A stretch of 64,000 bases of DNA from an uncultured Desulfarculus sp. (GTDB lineage Bacteria > Desulfobacterota > Desulfarculia > Desulfarculales > Desulfarculaceae). The notes below the pieces were generated by a model. The model did no database searches and was not told the DNA's origin. It saw nothing but the letters and a program-made list of their open reading frames with translations. Location of the stretch: NCBI GenBank assembly GCA_963665125.2, contig CAXXUK010000002.1, positions 800,001 to 864,000 on the forward strand. The letters are read 5' to 3'. A program made the position numbers and the translations under genes. Below are positions 27,597 to 37,294 of the stretch, piece after piece. Each line of letters starts with the position of its first letter. The first letter of the stretch is position 1.

Positions 27597-30005
27597 TTAC
27601 TTAACCGGGGCGCTCATGCCTCTGGCCGCCCAGAGGCCGCACAAGTAAAGCAGGCCCGCCGTCCACAGCACGGCCTGGAACCCCAGGTAAAGGGAAATTA
27701 TCACGGTAAGGATGGAGCCGACAACGGTCATGAAGCCGTTGACGCCCCAGGCCCAGCCCACCATGGTGGCGCTGGCATTATGCACCAGGCGCAGGCCCAG
27801 GGGGAATGGCATGCCCATGACCGTGCCGATGGGGGCCAGGACCAGCACCGAAACGATTATGCGCACAGCCAGCGAACTGCCCAGGAACAGATCGAACGCC
27901 ACCGGCAGCAGAAAGACCATGGCCACGTTGAGGGCGAAGATCAGCGGAAAGACCACGCCCAGGGCCTTGACGGGCCGTTCGCCGAAACGCTCGCTGATGA
28001 AGCTGCCGATGCCCGAGAAGACCAAGAGCGCCGCGATGACCAGGGAGATGCTGAAGGCCGGGTTGCCCAAAAACAGGATGAACTGCTTGATGAAACACAG
28101 CTCGATCATGATGAACGCCGCGCCCAAAATCGAGAAATACGCCAGGAACGGGGCCTTGCGCAGGGGCGAGGCCTCCCGGCGGCCCAACAGCACCAGGGGC
28201 AGCACGATCAACAGCAGGCTGATCAGCACGATCTCCACGGTGATGGCCACCATGGGCAGGTCGGACTTTGGTATGCCCGGATCGCCGCCGAAGACCTTCT
28301 GGACCAGGGAGTGGGGCAGCCAGCGCAGGACCAGGCCCATTTTCTTCATGTCGGTGGGCAGATCTTCGCTGGTAACGTCCACCGGGCGACCCAGATACAG
28401 GAAATGGTCGAAAAACGGCCAGTTGTCCGTGGGCGGGCTAAGCTCGTAGCCCCCGGCCCGGTAGTACTGCCTGGGGTCGTCGGACTTGAGGATTTTGGCG
28501 TAGAGGTTGGCGTCCTTGGCCATGTCCGGGGCGTAGAGCACCTTGAAGCCACGGTCCTTTTCCCACCGGTAGGCAGCGGCGATTTCCTCGTCGGTGTAGG
28601 GCCGCTTGCGCAGGTACACGCCGTTGACCATCCAGGCCTCGCCGGCCACGATCATAACGTGGCGGTCGATGTCCTTGATGCCCAGACGCTTGCCCAGGGC
28701 CCGGATGATGGTGCACATACGGGCCGTGCCCCAGCGGTTGAGGGCCAGGATGCCGTCGTCGGTCAGATGGGCGAAATAGTCTTCGAACGCCTCAACGGTC
28801 AGCAGGTACGTCTCGGAAAGGTTGATGGCCCCCGAGGCGAAAGCGATGGGCGTGAAGTTGTTGCGCATCTGGATCAGGTCGTAGCGCTTGTTGGAGTTGA
28901 CTATGTAGCTGCGGCCCTCGTCGTTGGCCAGATTGACTTGGGGCAGGCTGAACATGCCGTCGTTGATGCTCTTGTAGTGGTCTTTGACCACGGCGCAGAT
29001 CACCGGGTCCATTTCGATGGCGTCGACATGGCCGGCGTCGTGGCTCAGGGCGTAGGTGACCTCGATGCCGCCGGACGAGCCGATGATGGCCACCTTGGGC
29101 TGACGGCCGCCCGCGCTCAGGTAGATGTACGGGAAGTTGATGGAGTCCCAGGCCGGCTCCTGTTTGGCGGTGCGGCTGTAGCGGGCCAGCATGGATTCGT
29201 TTTCGCCGCCGTTGATCCAGATGTCGTAGGGCTCCACCTTGCCGTCGACCAGCCTGCCGGTGACGTCGACCCTGGAGAGCGAACTCCAGGCGCTGAACAT
29301 GGTGGCGTTCATGCCCGCCTGGAACCAGCGCTTGGACTGATGGGGCTTGATGGGCAGAAGCTGCTCGCCAAAGGGAGTGGCCACGGCGCAGATTATGGTG
29401 GCCGCGATGAGGGCCAGGCGCCACTTGCCGCCATGATGGGCGAACACCGCCGCGGCGGCGATGCCCAGAAACGCCGCCAGCAAAACGGCCCCGGAAGCGC
29501 CCAGGGGCGATATGACCAGCACCAGCAGGATCGAGCCCAGGGCCGCGCCGATCAGATCAAAGAAATACAGCCGGTGGACCTGTTTTCCCTCGCCGGACAA
29601 CAGGATCGTAAAGGTGACGCCCGCGCAGAAGAACGGGGCGATGAGCGCAAGGTAGATGACGCCCAGGTAGAGCCAGTTTTTGAGCTTGCCGAACTCGCCG
29701 ACGACCAGGGGCACCTCGATGATCAGCACCAGGCTGACGATGGCCAATACGCCGAACAGCAACGAGAACAGCGGCACCTGGTCCCGGCCCATGTGAAAGC
29801 GCCGCTGACCGGCCAGGGACATGAACACGCCGGCCAGGCCCATGCCGAACAAGGCCGTGGAGACGATCATGAAGGCGTAGTTGGACCAGATGACAAAGGA
29901 GAAGATCCTGGTCAGGGTCACTTCATACAACAGCAGGCCCATGGCCAGTAAAAAGATACCGGCGTAATCACTCAGGCGGCTGGTTTGGTTCTTGATTCCG
30001 TTCAT
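27597..30005 (-). CDS. Polytopic membrane protein with central spermidine-synthase-like (class I SAM-binding) domain, paralog B
   Basis: N- and C-terminal TM bundles; IIGSSGGIE, IEMDP, DEGRSY, YLLTVEAF, PTDNWPFF, MGMPFPLGL. Confidence 0.82.
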   Translation of the reverse strand: MNGIKNQTSRLSDYAGIFLLAMGLLLYEVTLTRIFSFVIWSNYAFMIVSTALFGMGLAGVFMSLAGQRRFHMGRDQVPLFSLLFGVLAIVSLVLIIEVPLVVGEFGKLKNWLYLGVIYLALIAPFFCAGVTFTILLSGEGKQVHRLYFFDLIGAALGSILLVLVISPLGASGAVLLAAFLGIAAAAVFAHHGGKWRLALIAATIICAVATPFGEQLLPIKPHQSKRWFQAGMNATMFSAWSSLSRVDVTGRLVDGKVEPYDIWINGGENESMLARYSRTAKQEPAWDSINFPYIYLSAGGRQPKVAIIGSSGGIEVTYALSHDAGHVDAIEMDPVICAVVKDHYKSINDGMFSLPQVNLANDEGRSYIVNSNKRYDLIQMRNNFTPIAFASGAINLSETYLLTVEAFEDYFAHLTDDGILALNRWGTARMCTIIRALGKRLGIKDIDRHVMIVAGEAWMVNGVYLRKRPYTDEEIAAAYRWEKDRGFKVLYAPDMAKDANLYAKILKSDDPRQYYRAGGYELSPPTDNWPFFDHFLYLGRPVDVTSEDLPTDMKKMGLVLRWLPHSLVQKVFGGDPGIPKSDLPMVAITVEIVLISLLLIVLPLVLLGRREASPLRKAPFLAYFSILGAAFIMIELCFIKQFILFLGNPAFSISLVIAALLVFSGIGSFISERFGERPVKALGVVFPLIFALNVAMVFLLPVAFDLFLGSSLAVRIIVSVLVLAPIGTVMGMPFPLGLRLVHNASATMVGWAWGVNGFMTVVGSILTVIISLYLGFQAVLWTAGLLYLCGLWAARGMSAPVK

Positions 30006-30030
30006 GGTCGTCCAAGGCTCCCCGCTCGAA

Positions 30031-32478
30031 CTAGGCCTTTTGGCCCAGCCTGCCGGATACCCACACGCCCAGCAGATACAACACTCCGGCGGTCCACAAA
30101 ACGGCGTGGAAGCCCAGGTAAAGCGAGATGAAAACCGTGAGGATGGAGCCCACCACGGTCATGAATCCGTTGACGCCCCAGGCCCAGCCGACCATGGAGG
30201 AACTGCCCCGGTGCACCAGGCGCAGGCCCAGGGGGAAGGGCATGCCCATCAGGGTGCCGATGGGGGCCATCATCAACACGGTCATCAATATGCGCACCAT
30301 GATATTGCTGCCAAGGAAGGCGTCGAACACCACGGGCATGATGTATATCAGCGCCGCGTTGACCGCGAAGATGCCCGGGAAGACGAACTTCAGGGCCTTG
30401 ACCGGGTTGTCGCCGAAGCGCTCGGACAGGAAGCTGCCGATGCTGGAAAAGACCAACAGCACGGCGATTACCAGCGAAATGCTGATTGCCGGGTTGCCCA
30501 GGAACAGGATGTACTGCTTGATGTAGCACAGCTCGATCATGATGAAGGCCATGCCCAGCAGGGAGAAATAGGCCACCAGGGGGCCCTTGCGCAGCGGCGA
30601 GTCGCCCCGGGCGCCCAGCAGCCACATGGGCAGCACAACGAAGATGAAGCTGATCAGGATGATTTCAAGGGTGATGGCGAATAGCGGCACGTCGCTCTTG
30701 GGCACAGTCCAGTTGCCCATCAGCCGCTTGATGATGCCCGGCGGCTCCCACTGCAGGAGCAAACCGATCATGCGCAGGTCTTCGGGCACGAAGGGGTCGT
30801 TTACATCGGGGGCCGGGCCCACCTGGAAGAAATGGTCGAAGAAGGGCCAGTTGTCCGTGGGCGGCCTCAGGTCGAATCCCGCGTAGCGGTAAAACTCGGC
30901 CGGGTCTTCGGACCTTAGGATGGCTGCGTAGAGGTTGTGGGTCTTTTCCATTTCCGGCGAATACAGCACGCTGAATCGCTTGTCCTGCTCGCACCATTTT
31001 TCAGCCGCCCGGATCTCGTCGGCGGTGTAGGGCTTCTTGCGGAAGTAGACGCCGTTGACCATCCAGCCTTCGCCGTGGATGATGATCACGTGCTTGGAGA
31101 CGTCGGTGATGCCGGTCTTTTCAGCGGCGGCCCGCACCAGGGAGCACAGCCGGGCCGTGCCCCAGCGGTTGATGGCCAGGATGCCGTCGTCGCTGAGGTG
31201 GTTCATGTAGTCCAGAATGGCCTCAACCGTAAGCAGGTAGGTCTCCGACAGGTTGATGGAGCCCGAGGCGAAGGCGATGGGCGTGAAGTTGTTGCGCATC
31301 TGGATCAGGTTGAACGTCTTGTCGCAGTTGACGATGTAGGAGCGGCCCTCGTCGTTGATCAGGTTCACGCCGGGAAGGTCGAACATCTTGTCGTTGACCC
31401 AGGCGAAAGGCCCGGATACCAGGTCGCAGATCACCGGGTCCATCTCCACGGCGTCGATGTCCACAGCGCCGTGGCTCAGGGCGTAGGCAACCTCCGTGCC
31501 GCCTGACGAGCCGATGATGGCCACCTTGGGCGCGCCGCCGCCGCCGGTGATGTCCTTGTAGGGATATTTGGAGATGTACAGATACGGGAAGTTCAGCGAC
31601 TCGCGCCACTCCGGCGCATAGGGGTTTGTCCGGTTGTAGCGGGCCAGGAAGGATTCGTTTTCACCGCCGTTGATCCATATGTCGGCGGGCTCGACCTTGC
31701 CGGTGACGATCTTTCGCTCGGTTACGTCGACTCGGGAGAGGCTGGACCACTTGGAATAGACCGTGCGCACGCTCTCGGATTTGAAGCGGCGTTTGGCCTG
31801 GTGGGCCTTGACCGGCAGAAGCTGTTCGGCCAGGGGCGTGAGCACCAGAAAGCCCAAACAGAATACGGCCAAAACAATGCGCCAAGCCTTGGATTCGCCC
31901 TGGTAAAACACCATGGCTGAAATGGCCACCATCAGGGCCGAGAGCATCAGCGATCCCGAAGCTCCCAGGGGGGCGATGACGAAGACCAACAGCAGCGAAC
32001 CGATGGCCGCGCCCACGAGGTCGTAGAAGTACAGGCGGTGGACTTTTTTGCCCTCGCCCGAGAGCAGGATGGTGATGGCTATTCCGGCAAAGAAAAACGG
32101 CAGGATCAGCGAGACATAGATGAGCAGCAGATAGAACCAGTTGATGATCTTGTTGAACTCGCCCACCACCAGGGGCACGTTGATGATCACCACCAGGCTG
32201 GCCACGATGAACAGGGCGAACAACAGCGAAAGCAACGGCACATGTTGTCTGCCCAGGTGGAAGCGCCGCTGGCCGGCCAGGGACATGAACACCCCGGCCA
32301 GGCCCATGCCGAACAGGGCCGTGGAAACGATCATGAAGGCGTAGTTGGACCAGATGACAAAAGAGAAAATGCGGGTCAGGGTCACTTCGTATAGAAGCAT
32401 GCCCATGGCCAAGAGGAAGATGCCCGCGAAATCAGAGAAGTTGCTCGCGCGGCTGGTGTCCATTTTCAGATTCGGCAT
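30031..32478 (-). CDS. Polytopic membrane protein with central spermidine-synthase-like domain, paralog A (start uncertain, 32463-32520)
   Basis: Same motifs as 27597..30005, with long identical peptides. Confidence 0.82.
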   Translation of the reverse strand: MPNLKMDTSRASNFSDFAGIFLLAMGMLLYEVTLTRIFSFVIWSNYAFMIVSTALFGMGLAGVFMSLAGQRRFHLGRQHVPLLSLLFALFIVASLVVIINVPLVVGEFNKIINWFYLLLIYVSLILPFFFAGIAITILLSGEGKKVHRLYFYDLVGAAIGSLLLVFVIAPLGASGSLMLSALMVAISAMVFYQGESKAWRIVLAVFCLGFLVLTPLAEQLLPVKAHQAKRRFKSESVRTVYSKWSSLSRVDVTERKIVTGKVEPADIWINGGENESFLARYNRTNPYAPEWRESLNFPYLYISKYPYKDITGGGGAPKVAIIGSSGGTEVAYALSHGAVDIDAVEMDPVICDLVSGPFAWVNDKMFDLPGVNLINDEGRSYIVNCDKTFNLIQMRNNFTPIAFASGSINLSETYLLTVEAILDYMNHLSDDGILAINRWGTARLCSLVRAAAEKTGITDVSKHVIIIHGEGWMVNGVYFRKKPYTADEIRAAEKWCEQDKRFSVLYSPEMEKTHNLYAAILRSEDPAEFYRYAGFDLRPPTDNWPFFDHFFQVGPAPDVNDPFVPEDLRMIGLLLQWEPPGIIKRLMGNWTVPKSDVPLFAITLEIILISFIFVVLPMWLLGARGDSPLRKGPLVAYFSLLGMAFIMIELCYIKQYILFLGNPAISISLVIAVLLVFSSIGSFLSERFGDNPVKALKFVFPGIFAVNAALIYIMPVVFDAFLGSNIMVRILMTVLMMAPIGTLMGMPFPLGLRLVHRGSSSMVGWAWGVNGFMTVVGSILTVFISLYLGFHAVLWTAGVLYLLGVWVSGRLGQKA

Positions 32479-32660
32479 TAATTTATCCCGAGGCGCCTGT
32501 TCGGCGCTTTTTGGAAGCATTGTTTTATGGCAGGCTTAAAGCCTTTGTCCGGGGCTGAATCAGGACTTGCCGACCCTGCCCATCCGAAATGCCCATCCTA
32601 CTGGCTAAGGCGTATTTTGGCAAGATAATTAGCCATGTTGAACCGCTCGTGGCGGCCCAT

Positions 32661-32694
32661 AAAAAAACGCCGCGGCCCAGGCCGGGCCACGGCG
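32661..32694 (-). terminator. Rho-independent terminator of the sulfatase gene
   Basis: CGCCGTGGCCC-loop-GGGCCGCGGCG followed by T7 on the minus strand. Confidence 0.75.
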
Positions 32695-32756
32695 AAAGAT
32701 GAGGGGGAAGCGGCTTGAAGGGTCGGGGCGGTCCGTTAACCGGCCCCGCCCTGATG

Positions 32757-34805
32757 TTACGGAGTGACGATGTTGAATTTGCCCTCGGGCTTTTCGATCA
32801 AACGCAGGAAGCCTATCAGATCCATTTTGCTGCCGTCGGTCTCCAACTCGTCGGAAAAGACCATGTCCTTGATGCCCACCTTGCCCACCAGCATGTCCAC
32901 GAACAGACCGTGGGTGATCTTGATGGAGGCGTTGGCCTTGGGGTCCGGGGCGGCCCTGCGGTGATGCAGCACCGAGTTTTCCAGGGTCAGGACATAGCTT
33001 TCGTTGAGGTCGGTGAAGGTGACGTTGATGGTCAGATCCTTACCCTCGGCGTCGGGTCCGTTGAGGCGTGCGGCCATGGAATCGAAGAAACGCTCCACGG
33101 GCGTCTGTTTGATCAGGTCAATGGCGTCGAGCATGTTGACTCCGCGCTCGGGAGGACCTAGGCGCAGCTCCCGGGCGGCGGTGAGGTATTCGTTGCGCCA
33201 CACCCCGGATTCGGCCTGGTAGGCCATCTGCTCATAGGTCTTGGCCAACATCTCCTTGGCCTGCTGGTTGTCCGGGTCGGCGAAGACAACATGATTCAGG
33301 ACCTCGGCCACGAAGCGGTAGTCGCCTTGGTTGAAGGATTCCTGGGCCTTTTTCAACACCGCGTCCGCGCCGCCCATGTATTGCATGTAGCGCTTGGCCG
33401 ACTCCACCGGCGGCAGGGGGTTGAGGTTGGCCGGGTTGCCGTCATACCAGCCGAAGTAGAATTGGTACACCGCCTTGGAGTTGTGGCTCAGGGTGCCGTA
33501 GTAGCCCCGGTTGGCGAAGTATTTGGACAGGGATTCCGGAAGCTTTATCTCCTCGGCGATTTCCCTGGGCGTCAGACCCAGGTTGGCCAGGCGCACGGTC
33601 TGGTCGTGGATGTATTTGTAGAGGTCGCGTTGCTTTTTCAGGAACTCCACCACCTTCGCGTTGCCCCAGATGGGCCAGTGATGGCAGCCGAAATAGATGT
33701 CCGCGTCGCCGAACAACTGCAGGGCCTGGTCGATGTAGTTGCTCCACAACAGGGCGTTGCGCACCTTGGCCCCGCGCAGGGTGTAGAGGTTGTGCATGTT
33801 GCGGGAGACGACTTCGGCCCCGCAAAAGGTCTTCTTTTCGGGCAGGTAAAAGGTCAGCTCGGCTGGGGCCTCTGATTCCGGGGTGTATTGGAATACGAAC
33901 TTGACGCCGTCGATGACCATTTCCTGGGGCGTGTGGTCCACGATGGTGTTGGGCTGGGCGATGCCGTAGCTGCCGTGGGCGGGGACCTTGCCCAGGCCGC
34001 TGCCCACGTGGCCGGTGTTGCTCGGTTGCAGCGTCCGGCCGAACTGGTAGACGGCCCGGCGGCCCATGGCCGTTCCGGCGATGAGGTTTTCGCTGGTTGC
34101 TTCGTGCATAAAGCCCTTGGGGGCCACGATCTTGATGTTACCGCCCTTGATGTCTTGGTCCGAGAGCACCCCCAGGGCCCCACCGAAGTGGTCGATGTGG
34201 GTGTGGGTGAAGATGACGGCCCTGATGGGTTTGTCGCCCAGTTGCTTGCGGGCAAAGGCCAGGGCCGCGGCCGCGGTCTCCTTGGTGGTCAGCGGATCGA
34301 TGATGATCCAGCCGGTCTTGCCCTCGATGATGCTCATGTTGGCCAGGTCAAAGCCCCGCAGCTGGTAGACGCCGTCGGTGACCTTGAACAGGCCGTGGAT
34401 GTTGTTGAGCTGGCCTTGGCGCCACAGGCTGGGGTTCACCGTGGCCGGGGCCGGGCCCTGCATGAACTTGTAGGCCTCCATGTCCCAGGCGGTTGTGTCC
34501 CTGGGACCCTTGATCTTCATCGGTTCCATGGTGGCGATAAGGCCCTTGCGGGCCTGCTCAAAGTCCTGTTGGTCGGCCAGGGGCAGGTGCTGGGCCATTG
34601 TGGCGTTGTGTTCCAGCGTTGCCGAGGTGGCTGTGCCCTTGCCCTGATACTTGACGTCTTCGGCCGGGCCGCCGCAACCCGACAGCAGCATGGACATTGA
34701 TCCCGCCCCTGCCACCGAAGCACTGGCGGCCACTGCCAACGCAACTTTGGACCCTGTCGAACAGCGGTCCAGGAACTCACGCCTAGATATGTTTTTCTTT
34801 GCCAT
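32757..34805 (-). CDS. Alkyl sulfatase (SdsA1/BDS1-type MBL fold with dimerisation and SCP2 domains), Tat lipoprotein
   Basis: SRREFL twin-arginine motif and LSGC lipobox; TVNPSLWRQ, THTHIDHFGG, HNLYTLRGAKVR, HHWP, RGYYG, GWYDGNPA. Confidence 0.92.
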   Translation of the reverse strand: MAKKNISRREFLDRCSTGSKVALAVAASASVAGAGSMSMLLSGCGGPAEDVKYQGKGTATSATLEHNATMAQHLPLADQQDFEQARKGLIATMEPMKIKGPRDTTAWDMEAYKFMQGPAPATVNPSLWRQGQLNNIHGLFKVTDGVYQLRGFDLANMSIIEGKTGWIIIDPLTTKETAAAALAFARKQLGDKPIRAVIFTHTHIDHFGGALGVLSDQDIKGGNIKIVAPKGFMHEATSENLIAGTAMGRRAVYQFGRTLQPSNTGHVGSGLGKVPAHGSYGIAQPNTIVDHTPQEMVIDGVKFVFQYTPESEAPAELTFYLPEKKTFCGAEVVSRNMHNLYTLRGAKVRNALLWSNYIDQALQLFGDADIYFGCHHWPIWGNAKVVEFLKKQRDLYKYIHDQTVRLANLGLTPREIAEEIKLPESLSKYFANRGYYGTLSHNSKAVYQFYFGWYDGNPANLNPLPPVESAKRYMQYMGGADAVLKKAQESFNQGDYRFVAEVLNHVVFADPDNQQAKEMLAKTYEQMAYQAESGVWRNEYLTAARELRLGPPERGVNMLDAIDLIKQTPVERFFDSMAARLNGPDAEGKDLTINVTFTDLNESYVLTLENSVLHHRRAAPDPKANASIKITHGLFVDMLVGKVGIKDMVFSDELETDGSKMDLIGFLRLIEKPEGKFNIVTP

Positions 34806-34822
34806 ATCGTCTCCTAATTATA

Positions 34823-34841
34823 TGTTTTAATAGTTAAAACA
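34823..34841. promoter_or_regulatory. Operator-like palindrome
   Basis: TGTTTTAA-TAG-TTAAAACA, 18 nt upstream of the sulfatase start codon. Confidence 0.45.
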
Positions 34842-35199
34842 ATAAGCAATGCCCGCATAATGTTGACGGGCGTGCATCCCGCCCCTGTGCTTGAGTTCCG
34901 CAGCCCACCAGGAAGAACAGCACCAAAGACGGCATCGCGGTATAACGGTTAAGGAATGACGGCGTGGGCCATATTGAGATCACGAAATAGAGTAAAGAGT
35001 CTAAAGTCTAATTGTCAAGCGTCTATATGACCCTTGTTTGCAAATTTATTATGCGCCAAGTGACTTGTCGTAATCAGGGAAAGCTGGCCGGTTTGGCCGA
35101 ATGCGAAAAAAGCGCCGCCGCCCGCGCCCCCGGACGGCGGCAATGCCGATGGATTCAGTTTTCGCTACGGGCGGCGAATGAACATGAAATAGCAGCCGG

Positions 35200-36252
35200 T
35201 TATATCTCGCTTTCGACCACATGAAAACTGATGGTCGAGGCAGTGGTCTTGCTGCGGCCCATGAAGAGCATCACCCCGATCCACAGGGCCTGGAGACAAA
35301 GCAGCATGCCGGGGCTCCATATGGACTCCAGGCCAAGGGCCAGGCTGGGCAATGTCTGGGGCGCGGCTGGGAAGATGAACGGCATGGCGCAGCCGTAGGG
35401 GATCGAGGCCAGGGCCATCCACTGGTAGGCGCTGAGCCTGCCGCCGCCGCGGTAGTCCGAGCGCAGGAATTCGGAGAGAGCCCGCCAGCCCCCGGTAACG
35501 GTGACACCCACCCACACGGCCACATCGTAGCGGCCCGCCAGGAACAGGTAGAGGCAGGCCAGCCCGCAGGTCACCAGGATCAGCGAGGTGACGGCCTGGA
35601 TCGGGAAAACGGGTCTGCCCTCCCAGCCGTTTTCATAGGCGATCTTTTTGGTCTGTCCCCGGAAAATAAAGCCTTTGTGGCCCACAACGGCCCGGAGCCA
35701 GCCCGGGCACTGATCCATGGGTTTGCCGTAGCAGCAGCCGAAGCTGATGCAGGCAAGGCGGCCCAGACCCTCGCCCATGGCGTAGGCCGCCACCAGGGCC
35801 GCCAGCACGGGCAGCACCTGCAGGCCGGGCCCGTCGCCGCCGGGGAAGGCTCGCCTGACCACCAGGGTCAGCCAGGGGGCGATGATCAGGCCCACGAACG
35901 ATGCTCCGCCCACGGTGAAGGTGGCGGGTTTGTTTTCCACCCAGCGGGCCACCAGCCGGGAGGCCGGGGCGCATACCGAAAGCAGGGGCAGGGAAAAGCA
36001 GACTATGGCCAGCATGGAGATGCCCACCGAACGCAGCATGATAACCAGGACGGCCGCGGCCAGGGCATAGGCCGTGGCCGAGAAAAAGCCGTAGTAGGTC
36101 AGGTTTAGGCCGTGCCAAACGCCGCCGCCGGTTTTGGACAGGGGCACGCTGGCCATGATCTGCCAGCGTTCGCCGGGAAGGTGGCGGCAGGCCCAGGTTA
36201 TTAAAACGGCGTAGGCGAGGCCGAGTCCCAACACGAAAAAAACATTTGCCAT
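35200..36252 (-). CDS. Prolipoprotein diacylglyceryl transferase (Lgt)-family membrane protein, divergent
   Basis: Multiple TM helices; GRLACISFGCCYG and RALSEFLR resemble Lgt motifs; GGAG RBS. Confidence 0.75.
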   Translation of the reverse strand: MANVFFVLGLGLAYAVLITWACRHLPGERWQIMASVPLSKTGGGVWHGLNLTYYGFFSATAYALAAAVLVIMLRSVGISMLAIVCFSLPLLSVCAPASRLVARWVENKPATFTVGGASFVGLIIAPWLTLVVRRAFPGGDGPGLQVLPVLAALVAAYAMGEGLGRLACISFGCCYGKPMDQCPGWLRAVVGHKGFIFRGQTKKIAYENGWEGRPVFPIQAVTSLILVTCGLACLYLFLAGRYDVAVWVGVTVTGGWRALSEFLRSDYRGGGRLSAYQWMALASIPYGCAMPFIFPAAPQTLPSLALGLESIWSPGMLLCLQALWIGVMLFMGRSKTTASTISFHVVESEI

Positions 36253-36280
36253 AACTATAGAAACGTCTCCTTGATGAGGA

Positions 36281-37294
36281 TCAATTGCCCTTGGCGGAGG
36301 CAATGGTGGAGCGGACCATGACGTCGGTCTCCACCAGGGGCCTGTTGAATCCACTGCTGAAGCGGCTGGACACGTCGCTGCGCTGCTGGGCCTCCACGAT
36401 GTCGGGGGCGAAATCGACCCTGCCAGGCTGGAACAACAGCACCACCGTGGAACTGCCTGGCCGGAACAGGCTCTTGGGCCTGCCTTTTCTCAGCATCATG
36501 CCCGGTTCGCAGGGCCGGGGATCGTCGTAGCCTTCATCGCTGTAGCAACTGACGATGCCGCCGACCATCAGGGCCACCACCTCGACCATGGCCACCAGGC
36601 CGCAGCGGGTGCCGCCCTTGGTGTCGGTGTCGATGACCGTCACCACCCGACGGTTTTTGCTGTAGGGCGTCACCAGACTGACCACCGCCGTGGGGTTGCA
36701 GGAATTGTAGGCCCCGTCGATCTCGTAATAGTCGATGACCCGTCCGGCCACCGGGGTGTGGTTGTAGTGGTATTTATCCGGGGTCAGGCGGAATACGGCG
36801 TAGTCTCCGCGGCTGAAGGCCCGCAGCCAGCGGGTCTTGGTTCCGCCCACCAATTCCTGGTACCCGAAGAATTTGTCCTTGAGGAACAACATTGATTCAT
36901 TGTCCAGCGAGCCCATGAGCATGCGCGAGTCGGACGGCGAAACCACCGCGCCCGGAACATCGCTCATGGGGCGGCAATCCCAATAGCGGATCTTGCGCTC
37001 GAAGACCTTGCGGGCCGTGCCCAGGCTGTCGGGGTCGTCCAGACATTCGGCCGGGTCGGCGCCCCAGCTTTCCAGCATCCGGCGGCCGGATTTCAGCTTT
37101 GAGCCGAGCACCGTGTCGTAGTTCAGGTAGCCCAACAGGCTAGAGGCCCTGGAGCTGGTCAGCGAACGAAAGACGCCGCCGGTGTCTTCCCGGCCCGGAT
37201 GATAGAGCCACTCCACGAAACGGTCGCCGACGAGTTGTTCGTCTCGCACCCGGCCCGTGGACCGGTCAATGTACTGGTGCTGAGATGGGGGCAT
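36281..37294 (-). CDS. Phosphatidylserine decarboxylase family (pyruvoyl) protein
   Basis: SPSDSR, RLTPDKYHYNHTPV, NRRVV, VALMVGGI, PGSSTVVLLF autocleavage motif. Confidence 0.88.
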   Translation of the reverse strand: MPPSQHQYIDRSTGRVRDEQLVGDRFVEWLYHPGREDTGGVFRSLTSSRASSLLGYLNYDTVLGSKLKSGRRMLESWGADPAECLDDPDSLGTARKVFERKIRYWDCRPMSDVPGAVVSPSDSRMLMGSLDNESMLFLKDKFFGYQELVGGTKTRWLRAFSRGDYAVFRLTPDKYHYNHTPVAGRVIDYYEIDGAYNSCNPTAVVSLVTPYSKNRRVVTVIDTDTKGGTRCGLVAMVEVVALMVGGIVSCYSDEGYDDPRPCEPGMMLRKGRPKSLFRPGSSTVVLLFQPGRVDFAPDIVEAQQRSDVSSRFSSGFNRPLVETDVMVRSTIASAKGN

